Origin: Vicugna vicugna
Taxonomy: Eukaryota
NCBI GenBank assembly: GCA_013265495.1
Contig: MU057719.1
Span: forward strand, 498,001-558,000
Length of the DNA: 60,000 nucleotides
Direction of reading: 5' to 3'
The notes under the pieces are model-generated. The model was given only the letters and a program-made list of their open reading frames with translations, was not told where the DNA came from and did no database searches. The translations under genes were made by a program, and so were the position numbers. This document shows, piece by piece, positions 47,575-58,860 of this stretch; position 1 is the first letter of the stretch; each line of letters starts with the position of its first letter.

Positions 47575-47700
47575 GCCATTCATTCAGTCAGTCATTCGGC
47601 AAACACTGTGGCATGCCTGTGTGGCCAGGTGCAGGGGTCAGGGTGCTGAGCGGCCAGCCCCCACTGTCCCTGCTCTCGAGCTGGCGAGGAGAGTGGGGCA
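47575..47700 (-). mobile_element. L2 3' end relic
   Basis: cattcattcagtcagtcattcggcaaacactgtggcatgcctgtgtggccagg. Confidence 0.55.
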
Positions 47701-50388
47701 GATCTCTCACGTGCCTGACCCCTGAGGCTGGGGGCCAAGGTCTTCACGGGAGCCTGCGTCTCTGTCCCCCTCTTCGGTCCTCCACGGACCCTTTAAGTAT
47801 CCCCATCTTTCCCCTTAGGGCTTCGAGTTTTCACAGGTTACACATATGAAACCAACGACACTTATTAAGTAATTGATTTTCTGATTTTTAGTTAATCAGA
47901 GACTGATGATGAGTTCTACCCGATCGACGCCCCACACAGGGTGCACTGGCCAGAGAGGGTGCGGGTGGGGAGCTGTGAGTTGGGGATGGTCGGTCTGGGT
48001 GTGTTCACGGTACCTGGAGACCTCGGGGACAATGACCTTCACCCTGGGACTGTGACCTTCAAGGACCCCAGTTGGGTGCCTGTCACCTCGGGGGACGCAG
48101 TGGTCACCAGCGGGCAGCCATGGAGGCTGGCAGATGTCTGCTCGCCGAGGGGAGAGTGGAGGGTGCTTGGAGGGCGACATGAGGCACGCGACCCTGAGCC
48201 AAGCCAGGGCTCCCTGTGCCGGGGGCCCTGGGGGGGCTGGCCGCCCGCTGGGGCTCAAGGCTGGGCATCCAGGGAGGAGCGTCCCCTGCCGGTGTCGGTG
48301 TGGTACCCGCAGAGCTGCAGGCCCTAGTGCCCAGGCGATCGGCAGGCAGAAGGGGCACTGCGCACCTCTCTGCCCCGCCACCCGGCCTCTCCTCCCACTG
48401 ACTGACCCAGTGGCGTGGGCTCGGCACCTCCTCCTCGGTGAAGCCGCCTTGGGTTGATCCGGCACAGGTCCTGGAATGCCTGGCCTCAGCCGTCTTCCAG
48501 ACAGAACCCTTGTGCCACTAGGGACACGGAGGCCCTCTGTGGGTCTAGGGTGGAGCCTGGGCTCCCTCCCCTGGCCCCTCGAGCCCAGGCCCCGGCTCGG
48601 GGGAGGACTGACCACAGCCCCCCGGGGCTGCCCGGGACGAGGCCCGGCCTCCACAGCAGGTCTTGACCTGTTTGAGCGGCCTCTTTCCCACCCTGGAGGC
48701 CTGCTCCTGGCAGGCAGGCAGGTCTGGCCTGAGGGCAGGTCCACACCGGGCCTCCCACAGCACCTGGCGAGGAAATGGCAGCCCCCGGTAGGGCAGGGCG
48801 GAGCTCCCCGAGCGCTGCCCCGGAGTGCGGGTCTGCAGAAGGTGACCCTGGGCTCCGCTGAAGGACCAGAGGGCAGGAGGGCCCTCGCCTCCCGGCCCAA
48901 GGACGCCGCGGCCGCGCTATTCCTTTTGCTTCCCCTGAAACAGACCCGTCCACCTGACTCCGGCTTCTGTGCTGTTTCCGGCTCGCGTTCCTGTCTGATC
49001 TGAGACTGAAGTATTTTAGCTGGTGGCAGGAGTGGCTCAGTGCCCTTTCTCCCTCCCGAGAGGGGAAGAGTGTTCAAGGAAAATCCAGCGACCTGGCGAG
49101 CAGCAGCCTGTGACCCACGGCCTGGAAAGGCAAGGAGGTGGGCGGCCGGGCCCTGGGCTGGGAGTCTGGGCACCCGGGCTCCCGGAGCCCTCGGCTGGGG
49201 CTGTGCAGCTTCGGGGCAGGGCCCGGGGGCAGCCCCAGGGCCGAGCGAAGAACGCGGGGGCTGGAGGCTTAGGGCTCATTTCAGGGCCCTCGGTGGCCAG
49301 GCCTGGGAAGTCGCCTCCATTTCCCGTCCGCACCAGCTCCACAGGTGGGCGGGGTGCACTCGGGAGCGATGCCACGGTGCTGCACCCATGGAAGCAGCAC
49401 ATGATGGTGGTTTTTCCCTTTGGTGGGCACTGGGGTATGTGTCGGAAATGCAGCAACAGGGCAGCGAGGGAGGCCCGAGAGGAGGCATGGACAGTCCAGT
49501 CGTCAGCCCCGAGGCCCAAGCCAGGCCAGGACACATGGAGAGAGGGACGAGGTGGTGAGGATGCTGTGAAAGGACCACCGGATCTTTGGGGTGGGGGTGG
49601 GGGGCAGTGGGTCCCAGGGGCTGAGAAGGGGGGTGTCAGGCCCACCCAGATTTCGGTTCTGTATCTGTTTGTTAAATGCGTGACCTTGGTCATCTACACA
49701 TCCTCACTGGCCTCAGCCATCTCATCTACAAAATGGGAAGCAAAATTGCATCGCTGGCACCAGCCCCCTGGAGTCGGGGGTAGGGTGGAGGCCCAGCCTT
49801 GTCCTGGCACCGGGGGGCTCAGTAGTCCGCCCTCAGGGGCTCTCACGTCTGGCCTGGATTCTGAGCTGTTTCTAGTGACGTGGTAGCCAGGGCAGGAGCT
49901 GGCGAGGGTCAGAGGGACGAGGCGCTGGGCCGCTGGGGAAGGAGACGCTGCGCCGTCCGCAGGCCTGTCTTCCTGCCACAGCTGAGACCTCGCTCCTCTT
50001 GGCTTAAAGACAGTTTCTAGCTGAGCCAGAGGCACCAGATCTCCTTCAGCGTTTCTAACGGGTTCCCTGTTAAGTTTGACTGGGGAAAGTCACCCCGAGG
50101 TGTCTTTCAAGTGGGAAAGCAGAGGCGTCCTCAGCCTGGGGATGTACCGTCAGGGAAAGCAGATTAAGTCGTGTTTAATGGTGTCAGCATCTCAGTCACT
50201 GTGGAAGATGGAGTTGGTGAGGCAGAGAAACGAGACCGTCCTTCGGGGGAGGGCGGGAAAGGGCGGGGGCACTGGGGTCTCAGTGGGTGGGGCCGGCAGG
50301 TGGGCAGGCCGCTGGGGGGCCCGGCTTTCCCAGGGTTGTGTCAGTTCTCTGCGTGATGGTCCCAGCCTCTGCGGGCGGGATGGGGGGC

Positions 50389-50731
50389 TGCTGTGGCCTG
50401 AAGCTTTGCGTCCCCCAAATTCATACATTGAAAACTGATCCGCAGTGTGATGGTTCTTTGAGGCGGGCCTGTGGGGTGATGGGGTCATGAGGGGTGAGCC
50501 TCTGGGATCAGCGCCTCGCAAGAGAGACGCCCCAGCAAGCTCCCTCGCCCCCCCACCACGGGGGGCACCGCGAGAAGACGGCCGTCTGTGAGCCGGGAAG
50601 CGGGTCCTCCCCAGACACCGAATCTGCCCGCAGCTTGATCTTGGACTTCCAGCCTCCAGAACTGTGAGAGATCGACACGTGAGGTTTAAGCCACCCGGTC
50701 TGTGGCATTGCCCCCCGGCTGGACTGAGACA
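50389..50731 (+). mobile_element. MaLR LTR (MLT1A-like), near full length
   Basis: tgctgtggcctgaa...cccccaaattcatacattgaaa...cttgatcttggacttccagcctccagaactgtgaga...gactgagaca. Confidence 0.85.
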
Positions 50732-52029
50732 GTGCCCAGCCAGCCTCTTTTGTCTCCAAGGTTCTCCCTGTGGGGTCTTTCGGGTCCTTTTCTGGGGGGA
50801 CGGGGAGACAGAACCAACTCCGCCCTTTAGGGGTGCTTCATCCGGCAGATTGTCCACCCCCCACCCCCCGAAAGCTTCTGTTTCCCCGTCTGTAAAATTA
50901 AAGGGAGGGTGACACCTGCCTCCAGGGTGGGGAGGATGCCCAGCGAGTGAGTGCAGCCCCAGGGGGCCGGGGGGCCGGGGGGGGCCACTTGGCAGGATGA
51001 GCTGTGGCCCCTCTGTGCAGTGTTCACATTTTCACTGGGACCGTCGCTAACAGCACGTTGGGGGTTATGTCCTCTGCAACTCACTGTGAACGATAGCTCT
51101 ACCTTTTGTGAACATAAAAAAGCCCTTCTAGCAAAAAAACAAAAAGGTCTCTGTTTTTGTTGAGGTGGGTTCCCAGGTCTCTGATAGGTCATAAAAAATG
51201 TTCAGTTTGACATTCCACCATTAGAGAATCATTCCTTTGACTTAGGTTCCTGTTGATGTAAGTAACCCAGTAGGCTTTATCTCGGATCCTCTCTTGAGAG
51301 TGGATTGTGATCAGGAACGGAGAAAGAACTTGGGCGCGGCAAGGGGAGGACAGGATCGGGGCCCCGAGGGACGAGAGGTGCAGAGTCCAGGGAACTGAAT
51401 GGGCCCTCAGGCTGGCCCGTCACTGGCCCCTGGGTGGGGAGGGATGGTCTGGGGCCCACTTGGCTCTGATGGTGGGCAAGGAGGGAGGCCCAGGCAGACA
51501 AAGCCGAGGCCTGTCCAGGAAACCCAGCAGGGGTGCAGAGATGGGGCTTCCTCTGTCTGTCGGGTAAATCCTGCAGCCCCCAGCTGTCTTTCCCCCTGTT
51601 CCCCCCTCCCTGCTCTCCCCCCAGCCCATCTCCACCCCACCCCATGAGACCCACTCACCACCCAGAGCCACTCCGTGGGGCTCAGGTACCGGCCCTGCAG
51701 CCCGCAGGCAGGCAGGCGCTCCTGTCTGTCTGGGCTGCGCTGCCTTTGCCCGCGCCCACCCCCTCCCTCCCTACGAAGAGGGCGTTATCCCGGGAGAGCG
51801 GCTGCCCCGTGATCACTGTCAGTTAGCGCTCAGCCCGGTAACGGGCTCCTCGCTCCTTTATTCCGCCTTATCTGAGCCAGACCAGAGACCAGGCCTGGCT
51901 CCGGGCTGCCCCCAGCTCCTCCAGGGAGCGGATGATAACCCAGTGAGGGGCAGCACGTCTGGGAGGAGGCCCCCCCTGCTCCCCGTGGCCCTGCGCATTT
52001 CCTGCCAGGCCAGGGAAGGGAAGATGTAA

Positions 52030-52160
52030 GGTGTGGGTGCGCTTGCGTGTGTGCTGTGTGTCCCTGGTGTGTGTACACATGCTCGTGTGTGGTGCGTGTG
52101 GACTCGTGACTGTGTGTGTACGTGTGCATGCTTGTGTCGTGTGTGTATGTGTGCATGTGT
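52030..52160. repeat. Degenerate TG-rich simple repeat
   Basis: gtgtgtgctgtgtgtcc...gtgtgtatgtgtgcatgtg. Confidence 0.75.
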
Positions 52161-52822
52161 TGTGGGCCGTGCTGTGCACGTGACTTCTGAGCCCCCAGTG
52201 GGAGACAAGGGGCTCATTGGAGGCTTGTGTTCTCGGGGGGCTTTGAGAAGCAGCCAAGCACCACTCTCCTGGCACTTTCTTCAAAAGGAAGTTCCTCGTT
52301 GTGGCATCTCTGCTCCTGGGGGGAAGTTCAGATGGATGTTGGCAGTTGCTGCCCGTGGGATCCCAGAACGAGCTGAATCCCCCAGAGACTGTCAGGTTGG
52401 GGCGAGTCTGCAGGGAACAAAGGGCAGATGTGGTTCCTGCGTGGGGCAGCCTGTGTCTACCTCAGGAGAATCTCCTGATGTCACCCTGGAGGGTGGGGGG
52501 CCCTGGAGGACGAAACCTGGGGGCCCGTGTCAGTAGGTGTGTGCCCGCCCCCCTGCGCCGGGACGGGAAGGACCCCAGAAGAACTCCCCTCGAGCCCCTC
52601 TTCTCCAAACGGCTGCGACCGGGGCCCCCTGCTTCCTCCCGGCTCCCCTCCATGTGCGAGCCGCCTGCGCCTTGGAGGATGCTGATGCCACCTGGCCGAG
52701 GGCAGACGTGGCAGCGGGAGGACGTGACTGGCGTCCTGTTCTGTCTTCCGAAGCCCTGGACCTGCTCCGCTGCTGCTCGTTGTGTGACTCGGAACAGGGC
52801 TTGTGCATCTGTCCGTCTCCCT

Positions 52823-53310
52823 CTTTGGTGGTAGAATACATGTGGCGTAAAATTGACCGTTTTATCCCTTGTGAAGTGCAGTTCTCTGGCGTTAAATCAG
52901 TGGACAGTGCAGAGCGGCCGTCACCACTAATTCCAGAACCTTCCGTCACCCTGAAAGGAGACCCCGCACCCATTAGGAGCTACCCTCCTCCTCCCTCCCC
53001 CCGCCCCCGGCAGCCACCAGTCGCTTCTCCTGGACACGCCGTGTTAAGTGGAGTCGGAGCACACGTGGTTTCCGTGGCTTCTTGCACGCAGAACACGTTT
53101 CCAGGGACCATCATGTGGCAGCGTCAGTGAGTTGTGCCTTTCTCTGGCTGAGTGACTTTGCATCGTGTGGCCCGCCACGTTCCTCTGTTGGTGGCCGTGG
53201 CCTTGCTGGGTGCTGGGAGCTCATGGACTGGTACTTGTTGGAGACCTGTGCTTGAAGCTTTGGGTACGCGCCCAGGAGCGGAATTGCGGGGTATGTGTTG
53301 ACTCTGTGTC
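52823..53310 (-). mobile_element. LINE-1 (L1MB-like) 3' end
   Basis: taaaattgaccgtttta...ttccagaaccttccgtcaccctgaaaggagacccc...cccaggagcggaattgcgggg. ORF peptide YPAIPLLGAYPK. Confidence 0.8.
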
Positions 53311-53825
53311 TCACGTGCCAGGGCCACGGCCTTCCGACCCGATGTGACAGCCCAGGGCCCTTCCTGGGCTTTAGGGCTTGAGGTGTGTCAGCTGAGTTGT
53401 CATTTCTGCTTGGGTGGTGGCTTGTGTTCCAGGATTAACGTTGAGCTGTATGTAGTCAGTCTGCCATCTGTGCTGCTGGAGCAGGGGTTTCTGGCATTGT
53501 GGGGGCTCTGGACAGAAGAGGGGCTTTCCTGAGGGAGGCCACCCTGTCCCCGGGACGGACTAGGGGAGCCTGCTGGCATTGCTGTGTGCTCCTCTCTCCC
53601 TCTCCGCTGTGGGCCCCACCCCTGCTCCCCTATAACCTCTCCGTCCCCAAAGGGCAGTGTCTGTTGCCACAGCTCCATGGACCTTCCCGCTGCCTCCCCA
53701 TCGTTCCCCCACATGGGCTCTGTGTCCCTCCTCCAGAGCCTGAGCACCTCAGTGGGGCCCCGCTGGAAGGTCTGGAGACAGGAGGGATACAGGAGGTGGG
53801 GGGTGAGGGGTGTGTCCGGGTGGGG

Positions 53826-54258
53826 NNNNNNNNNNNNNNNNNNNNNNNNNNNNNNNNNNNNNNNNNNNNNNNNNNNNNNNNNNNNNNNNNNNNNNNNNNN
53901 NNNNNNNNNNNNNNNNNNNNNNNNNNNNNNNNNNNNNNNNNNNNNNNNNNNNNNNNNNNNNNNNNNNNNNNNNNNNNNNNNNNNNNNNNNNNNNNNNNNN
54001 NNNNNNNNNNNNNNNNNNNNNNNNNNNNNNNNNNNNNNNNNNNNNNNNNNNNNNNNNNNNNNNNNNNNNNNNNNNNNNNNNNNNNNNNNNNNNNNNNNNN
54101 NNNNNNNNNNNNNNNNNNNNNNNNNNNNNNNNNNNNNNNNNNNNNNNNNNNNNNNNNNNNNNNNNNNNNNNNNNNNNNNNNNNNNNNNNNNNNNNNNNNN
54201 NNNNNNNNNNNNNNNNNNNNNNNNNNNNNNNNNNNNNNNNNNNNNNNNNNNNNNNNNN
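53826..54258. other. Assembly gap (433 N)
   Basis: Run of N. Confidence 1.
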
Positions 54259-54542
54259 GAGGGGAGGGGTGTGTCTGGGTGGGGATGGGTGTGTCCAGGT
54301 GGGGAGGGGAGGGGGCCTGATAAGTCTGTTGCCAGATGCTGGGTTCTGTGCGTCTCTGTTCATGGCCAGTGAGCTGGTGGGGGTCGTTCGACTGGCTGTG
54401 GGAGCCGGGGACACGCTGTCCCGAATCCACCTGGAGCCGGGGGTGGGGGGCCCGGCCAGAACTTCTGCTGTTCCCCACTCTCCCTCTCACGCCCCGCGCA
54501 GCCCACCCGCACCCCCCGGGGGTTTAGCTGCCTTGGTCTGTC

Positions 54543-54863
54543 CCCGCGGCTCCCAGCTGGCCGTTCTGCCCGCAGGAGCACATGGTGACATCTAGAGACG
54601 TGTTCTCTTTTGTATCTTGTTTTTTATTGCAGTGCAGTCAGTTTATGTAGTTCCAGGCACACAGCAATGCAGCCCAGTTACACGTATCCACCTGTATGTG
54701 TATGTGTTTCAGGTTCTTTTTCATGACAGCACTAGAGACCGTTTCGGTGGTCATAACTGGGGGCCAGGGGGTGCTGCCGGCATCTGGACGGGGGGCAGCG
54801 ATGCAGCCCACAGCAGGGACCGTCCAGCCCCAAAGGTCCATTGGCTGAGGCCGAGGAGCCATG
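54543..54863 (+). mobile_element. MER20-like hAT MITE interrupted by a short L1 3' end (about 54603-54731, minus strand)
   Basis: gacatctagagac | L1 | ctagagaccgtttcggtggtcataactggggg...gtgctgccggcatctgg...cagccccaaaggtcca...ctgaggccgaggagccatg. Confidence 0.7.
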
Positions 54864-55009
54864 AGTTTTCTAGAATTGGCCGCCGCTTGCCGCGTCCCAC
54901 GTGGGTGGCTGAGGCCCCTGGGTTATTTTTCCTGTCTCTTCTCTCTGCTGCGGCCCCTGCCGACCCCTACCCCAGCCTGTTCTCACAGTAGCCAGAGTAG
55001 CCTTCCAGA

Positions 55010-55485
55010 TGCTTCCAGGTCTGACGGTGCAGCCCCCTGCTCAGACCCTCCACTGGGCCCCACACTCAGGGGAACAGCCAGCATCCCCACGGGTGACCCT
55101 GCCCTGCTGTCCCTGGTGCCTCTCTCCTTGCCCAGCTCTACCGGCCTCTTCGCAGCTGCGCCGTCAAGCAGGCCGCTCTCCCCTCCGGACTCAGCCCTGG
55201 CTTGGCCTCTGCCTGGACCGTGCTTCCCCAGATGGCTGCACGGCCCCTCCCTCACCGCCTTCAGGTCCTCCCTGCCCTGCCCACCCCCCCCCGACCGCCC
55301 CCCCCCCCTCCCCCCCCCCCCACCCCGCCCCCCCCCCACTTATTAGTTTGCTCGTGTCAGTCTCCCTAGAGAACGCCGGTCCCACGGGAACAGGGGTCTG
55401 TCTCGTGCTCGTCTGCAGATCTCAGAAACCAGAACCGTGCGTGACCCAGAGCTGCGGCCCCGTGAGCGTTTGCAGAACGAACGCA
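55010..55485 (+). mobile_element. L2 3' relic containing an expanded poly-C tract (55281-55339)
   Basis: ccctccctcaccgccttcaggtc...gtctccctagagaac...cccacgggaacaggggtctgtctcgtgctc...gcgtttgcagaacgaacg. Confidence 0.55.
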
Positions 55486-56321
55486 TCAGGCCGGACCGGC
55501 AGTTCCTGGCGGTCGCCCCAGGCGTCCTTTCTTTCCTCCCCAAGCACACGTGGGCACCCTTCTGGGGGCCTGCGTCTTTTTGGAACAGGCTGGTTTTTAC
55601 CGTTCCTCCCCAGTGCTCCCTGGATGGCCCCACGGGTTCTGACAGCTGCGGGCGGAGTTTTGCCCGTGGTGGTGCGGAGGCTGAGGGAGGCTGAGGGCGG
55701 TGGGGCGGGCGCTCGCGCTGTCTGGAAGCAGGAAGCACAAGCCAGCCCTTCTGCTGACTTCTGCTGCTCACCCGGAAGGCAGCCCCTGGGGGAACGGCCT
55801 GCTGGAGCACTTAATGCCTCGCCAAGTTATGTGCGGGGCTCCGCTCGGGAACCGTCTGGGGCCTTCCAGAATCAGTCGGACGTTGCTGGAGAGGCGAAAG
55901 CAGCTTCACGGGGCCGGACCTGGTTGGGCTGTGGTGTCGTGAGCCTGTGGTTCTCCGGGGACCGCTGCCAGGGCTGTGTCCCTGCGCAGTGACTCTGCAC
56001 AAGGTGGCGGGGGGCTCTCTCAGTGCCTGGAGGCTGCCTCTCCGAGCAGGCCTTTCCGGTGAGCGTGGCTCCCTGCCTGGATCCAGGGCATTGACCCAAC
56101 CCAGCTGGGCGGCCCCGAGCACCTGCCCAATGTCCCATCCTGGGGTTTTGTCTTGGGGCCAGAGTCCATCGTGGCTGTGAGAGCACCCACAGTCATGGAA
56201 GTTCTCTGAGATGTTTTTCAATAAGAAAGCGTGGTCGGGACGGAACGTTGCAGAGGGGACAGCGTGCCAGCCAGGGCGCACGGTTCTCCCCACAGGCGTG
56301 TACCCCCATCAGCCGGAAGGC

Positions 56322-57026
56322 GTGAACTAGGGACTAAAACACTTTCGCTCACTCACAGGACACCTCTGACACCAGATGCGGGGGTTTCCCTCCCCGAGCG
56401 ACCCTGACGCCCCCGCAGTCAGCACCAACCCCACCGGGGAAGGGCTCAGCCCGGCAGACTGGCCCCACTGCAGACGCCAGTCACACGTCCGGGTTGTCAC
56501 CTGTGCTTCTGAGCGACCGGCTGTACATCGAGCTCCCCGCCACCCCTCCTCGAGTCTGAGTGCAACTCAGCCCACTGCTACTGCTTCGTTGTAAAGGGTG
56601 CAGCTCGGACAGATGGAGGCGGCGAACTGGGCGAGGCATGGGGGCGGGGTGGGGCGGGGCGGGGCTTCCATCGTCCTCCCGGCAGCTCCGCCTGCTCACC
56701 ACCCGGAAGCTCTCCAGACCCCGCAGTTTAGGGATTTTTACGGAGGCTTCGTCAGGTTGGCATGACAGGTGGTTAACTCGGTCTGCAGCCCCCTCCCTTC
56801 CCAGGAGGATGGGGTATGGGGCTGAAAGTTCCAAGTTTCTGATCACAGCTTGGTCCTTCTGGAGATCAGCCCCTGTCCTGAACTACCCAGGAGCCCACCC
56901 AGAGTCGCCTCATTAGGAGCAAAGACACTCCTATCACTCGGGAAGCTCCGCGAGTCTCAGAGGTCCTGGGTCGGGTCAGCGATGGGGAGGGGCAGAGACC
57001 AAATACACATTTCTTCTGCTGGCACA
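56322..57026 (-). mobile_element. MER21-like LTR
   Basis: acacctctgacaccagatg...agggctcagccc...gactggccccactgcagacgccagtc...gttgtcacctgtgcttctga...ggctgaaagttccaag...agagaccaaatacacattt. Confidence 0.75.
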
Positions 57027-57202
57027 GGGACAGAAGGTCACGGGGACAGCGCCCCCTCCAGTGAACACAGCTGTTCTCCAGGTGTGTGCACTGTTACTTG
57101 GCTTTGATGTGAAAATCTGTCAGGTACAGTGTCTTCTGGGAGAAAATCAGTCTGCAGACTTGTCTGGGCCGCCTGAATGCATCCTTTGGGCAGTGATGCA
57201 AA

Positions 57203-57390
57203 CCGTGATTCTCAAGCTTCAGTGGGCATCAGGGCATTAGAGCAGAGGGAGTGTGTTTCAGAATGCGGAGCCCTGAGACCCGCGTGGGGGGCTTGTGGTT
57301 CAGCAGGGCTGGATGGCGGCCCAGGGTTCTGAACTCTTCACCGGTACCCTGGTGAGGTACTAGGTCAAGCTGGAGAAGGACGCCCTGGGC
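57203..57390. mobile_element. MER5-like hAT MITE relic
   Basis: gtgattctcaagcttcagtgggcatcag...ggttcagcagggctggatggcggcccagg. Confidence 0.45.
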
Positions 57391-57519
57391 AGGCTCTGGG
57401 CTGCAGGCTTTTCTCTCCACCCGGAGGCTGGCTGCGGTGGAGAGTCAGCTACGAGCCCGCTGGCCTCGGGCGATACTGTCCGTACAGTGGGGTGGGGTCA
57501 CGTGGGCAGGATGGGACAC

Positions 57520-57660
57520 ATGCGGTGATGGCTATGTTCACTGTCCTGATCTGTGGATGGTTTCACGGGTGCGTGCAGACGTCAAAACCAATCAGATTAC
57601 ACACTTTAAATGCGTACGATTTATCGTACGTGGCTCAGCCTCAAATAAAGCTGTTAAAAA
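57520..57660 (+). mobile_element. LINE-1 extreme 3' end, sense orientation
   Basis: gatggctatgttcactgtcctgat...gatggtttcacggg...gtcaaaac...acactttaaa...cctcaaataaagctgttaaaaa. Confidence 0.75.
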
Positions 57661-57679
57661 TTAACCACAGTTGAACATT

Positions 57680-57773
57680 CTGTTCCTTGGTGGCACATTT
57701 CAAGTACTCAGTGGCCACGTGTCTGTGGCCACGGAGCATTTCCATCACGGGAAAGTTCTGTGGGACAGAGTGC
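57680..57773 (-). mobile_element. MER3-like fragment
   Basis: gcacatttcaagtactcagtggccacgtg...gagcatttccatcacgggaaagttctgtgggacag. Confidence 0.65.
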
Positions 57774-57864
57774 CAGGAAGCAGGTGTTCCCAGGTGGGAC
57801 CTGAGCGTTCTCTTTTTGTTTTGCTTTTCTGTGTTTCAACAGGTACTTCCAGGTGCACCTTGAA

Positions 57865-58250
57865 TGAATAGACTTGGCTGCTTATAGCAAAAAACCCAAC
57901 ACAACAGTAGCCTAAACTTGCAAGGGTTTACTCTCTCTCATAAAAGAAGTTTGGAGGTAGGTAGTGTAGGGCATGTGTGATGCTGCCACAGAATCATCAG
58001 GGACCCAGGCACCTCACCCCTTTCTTCCCTGCCTCTTCATCGCTGGCTTCCAGCCTCAAGGTCACGGCCCAAAATGGCTGCGAGAGCTCCAGCCATCACT
58101 TCTCTGTTCCCCACAGTAGAAAGGATGTTGAAGGGGAAGCAGACTTTGCAGAAGCTCCATTCACCATTCTGGTTCCTCCTTATTGGCCAGATTGTAGCCA
58201 CGTGGCCTGGTATAGCTACAGGGGAACTTGGGAGATACAGTCTTTTGTAC
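57865..58250 (-). mobile_element. Old MaLR LTR (MLT1J/K/L-like)
   Basis: catcagggacccagg...caaaatggctgcgagagctccagccatcac...ttggccagattgtagccacgtggcc...ttgggagat. Confidence 0.6.
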
Positions 58251-58659
58251 TGGGCTGTCCCTGATAACACGGGACTGCACCTGGTAAGGCTGAAGGGGAG
58301 AATGGAGGATGGGAGGCCACCAGCTGTCTCTGCGGCTGAGTTTAGGAGAGGGAGTTTGTAAGCTCATCCCTGTTGGTAGACACAAAGAATTTGATGTTAA
58401 TGCGTGCTTCTGGATTTAAGGGGACACACCGAGAAATAGAAACACAACCTTCAGGTGCAGTTACAGAATCCAGAAGAAGGTTGGGTCTGAGTGTCTCCCC
58501 TCGCCCCGTGCACCTGCATCCTTCATCTTCTACAAGATTCTCTCGTCCTCTTGGCCCATCGGGGCATCTGGTCTGCACGGCTCTGGCCAGATGTTGTAAG
58601 GGACGGAGAGGCAGCCTGACCACTGGCTGTGTATGTGGACGTCCTCCCACCATCCCTTG

Positions 58660-58860
58660 CTAACATTTAGTGAGAGCGGATTTGTGCCAGGCTCTGTTCT
58701 AAGCACTTCCTGTGTGTAGCTCGTGGCAGTGGGCCCCGTAGCTCACAGCCGTTCCAGCCTTTTTGCAGATGCGCGAGGCCGTGGTCTGGCCCGGGGCAGG
58801 TGAACAGGGGAGAAACTGGGTTTTGGCCCCGCTGGTGGGCTCTAGGGCTCAGACTCAGCC
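58660..58860 (-). mobile_element. MIR relic
   Basis: taacatttagtgagag...tgtgccaggctctgttctaagcactt...ttttgcagatgcgcgagg. Confidence 0.55.

Noticed and set aside
47895..47935. TGATGA resembling a C/D snoRNA box C
   Set aside because: No convincing terminal stem or correctly placed D box was seen.
47896..49173. Longest ORF (425 aa, minus strand)
   Set aside because: Pro/Arg/Gly/Ala-rich composition typical of stop-poor GC-rich DNA, no recognisable domain, and open overlapping frames on both strands.
53499..54595. ORFs spanning poly-X
   Set aside because: Open only because of the N gap.
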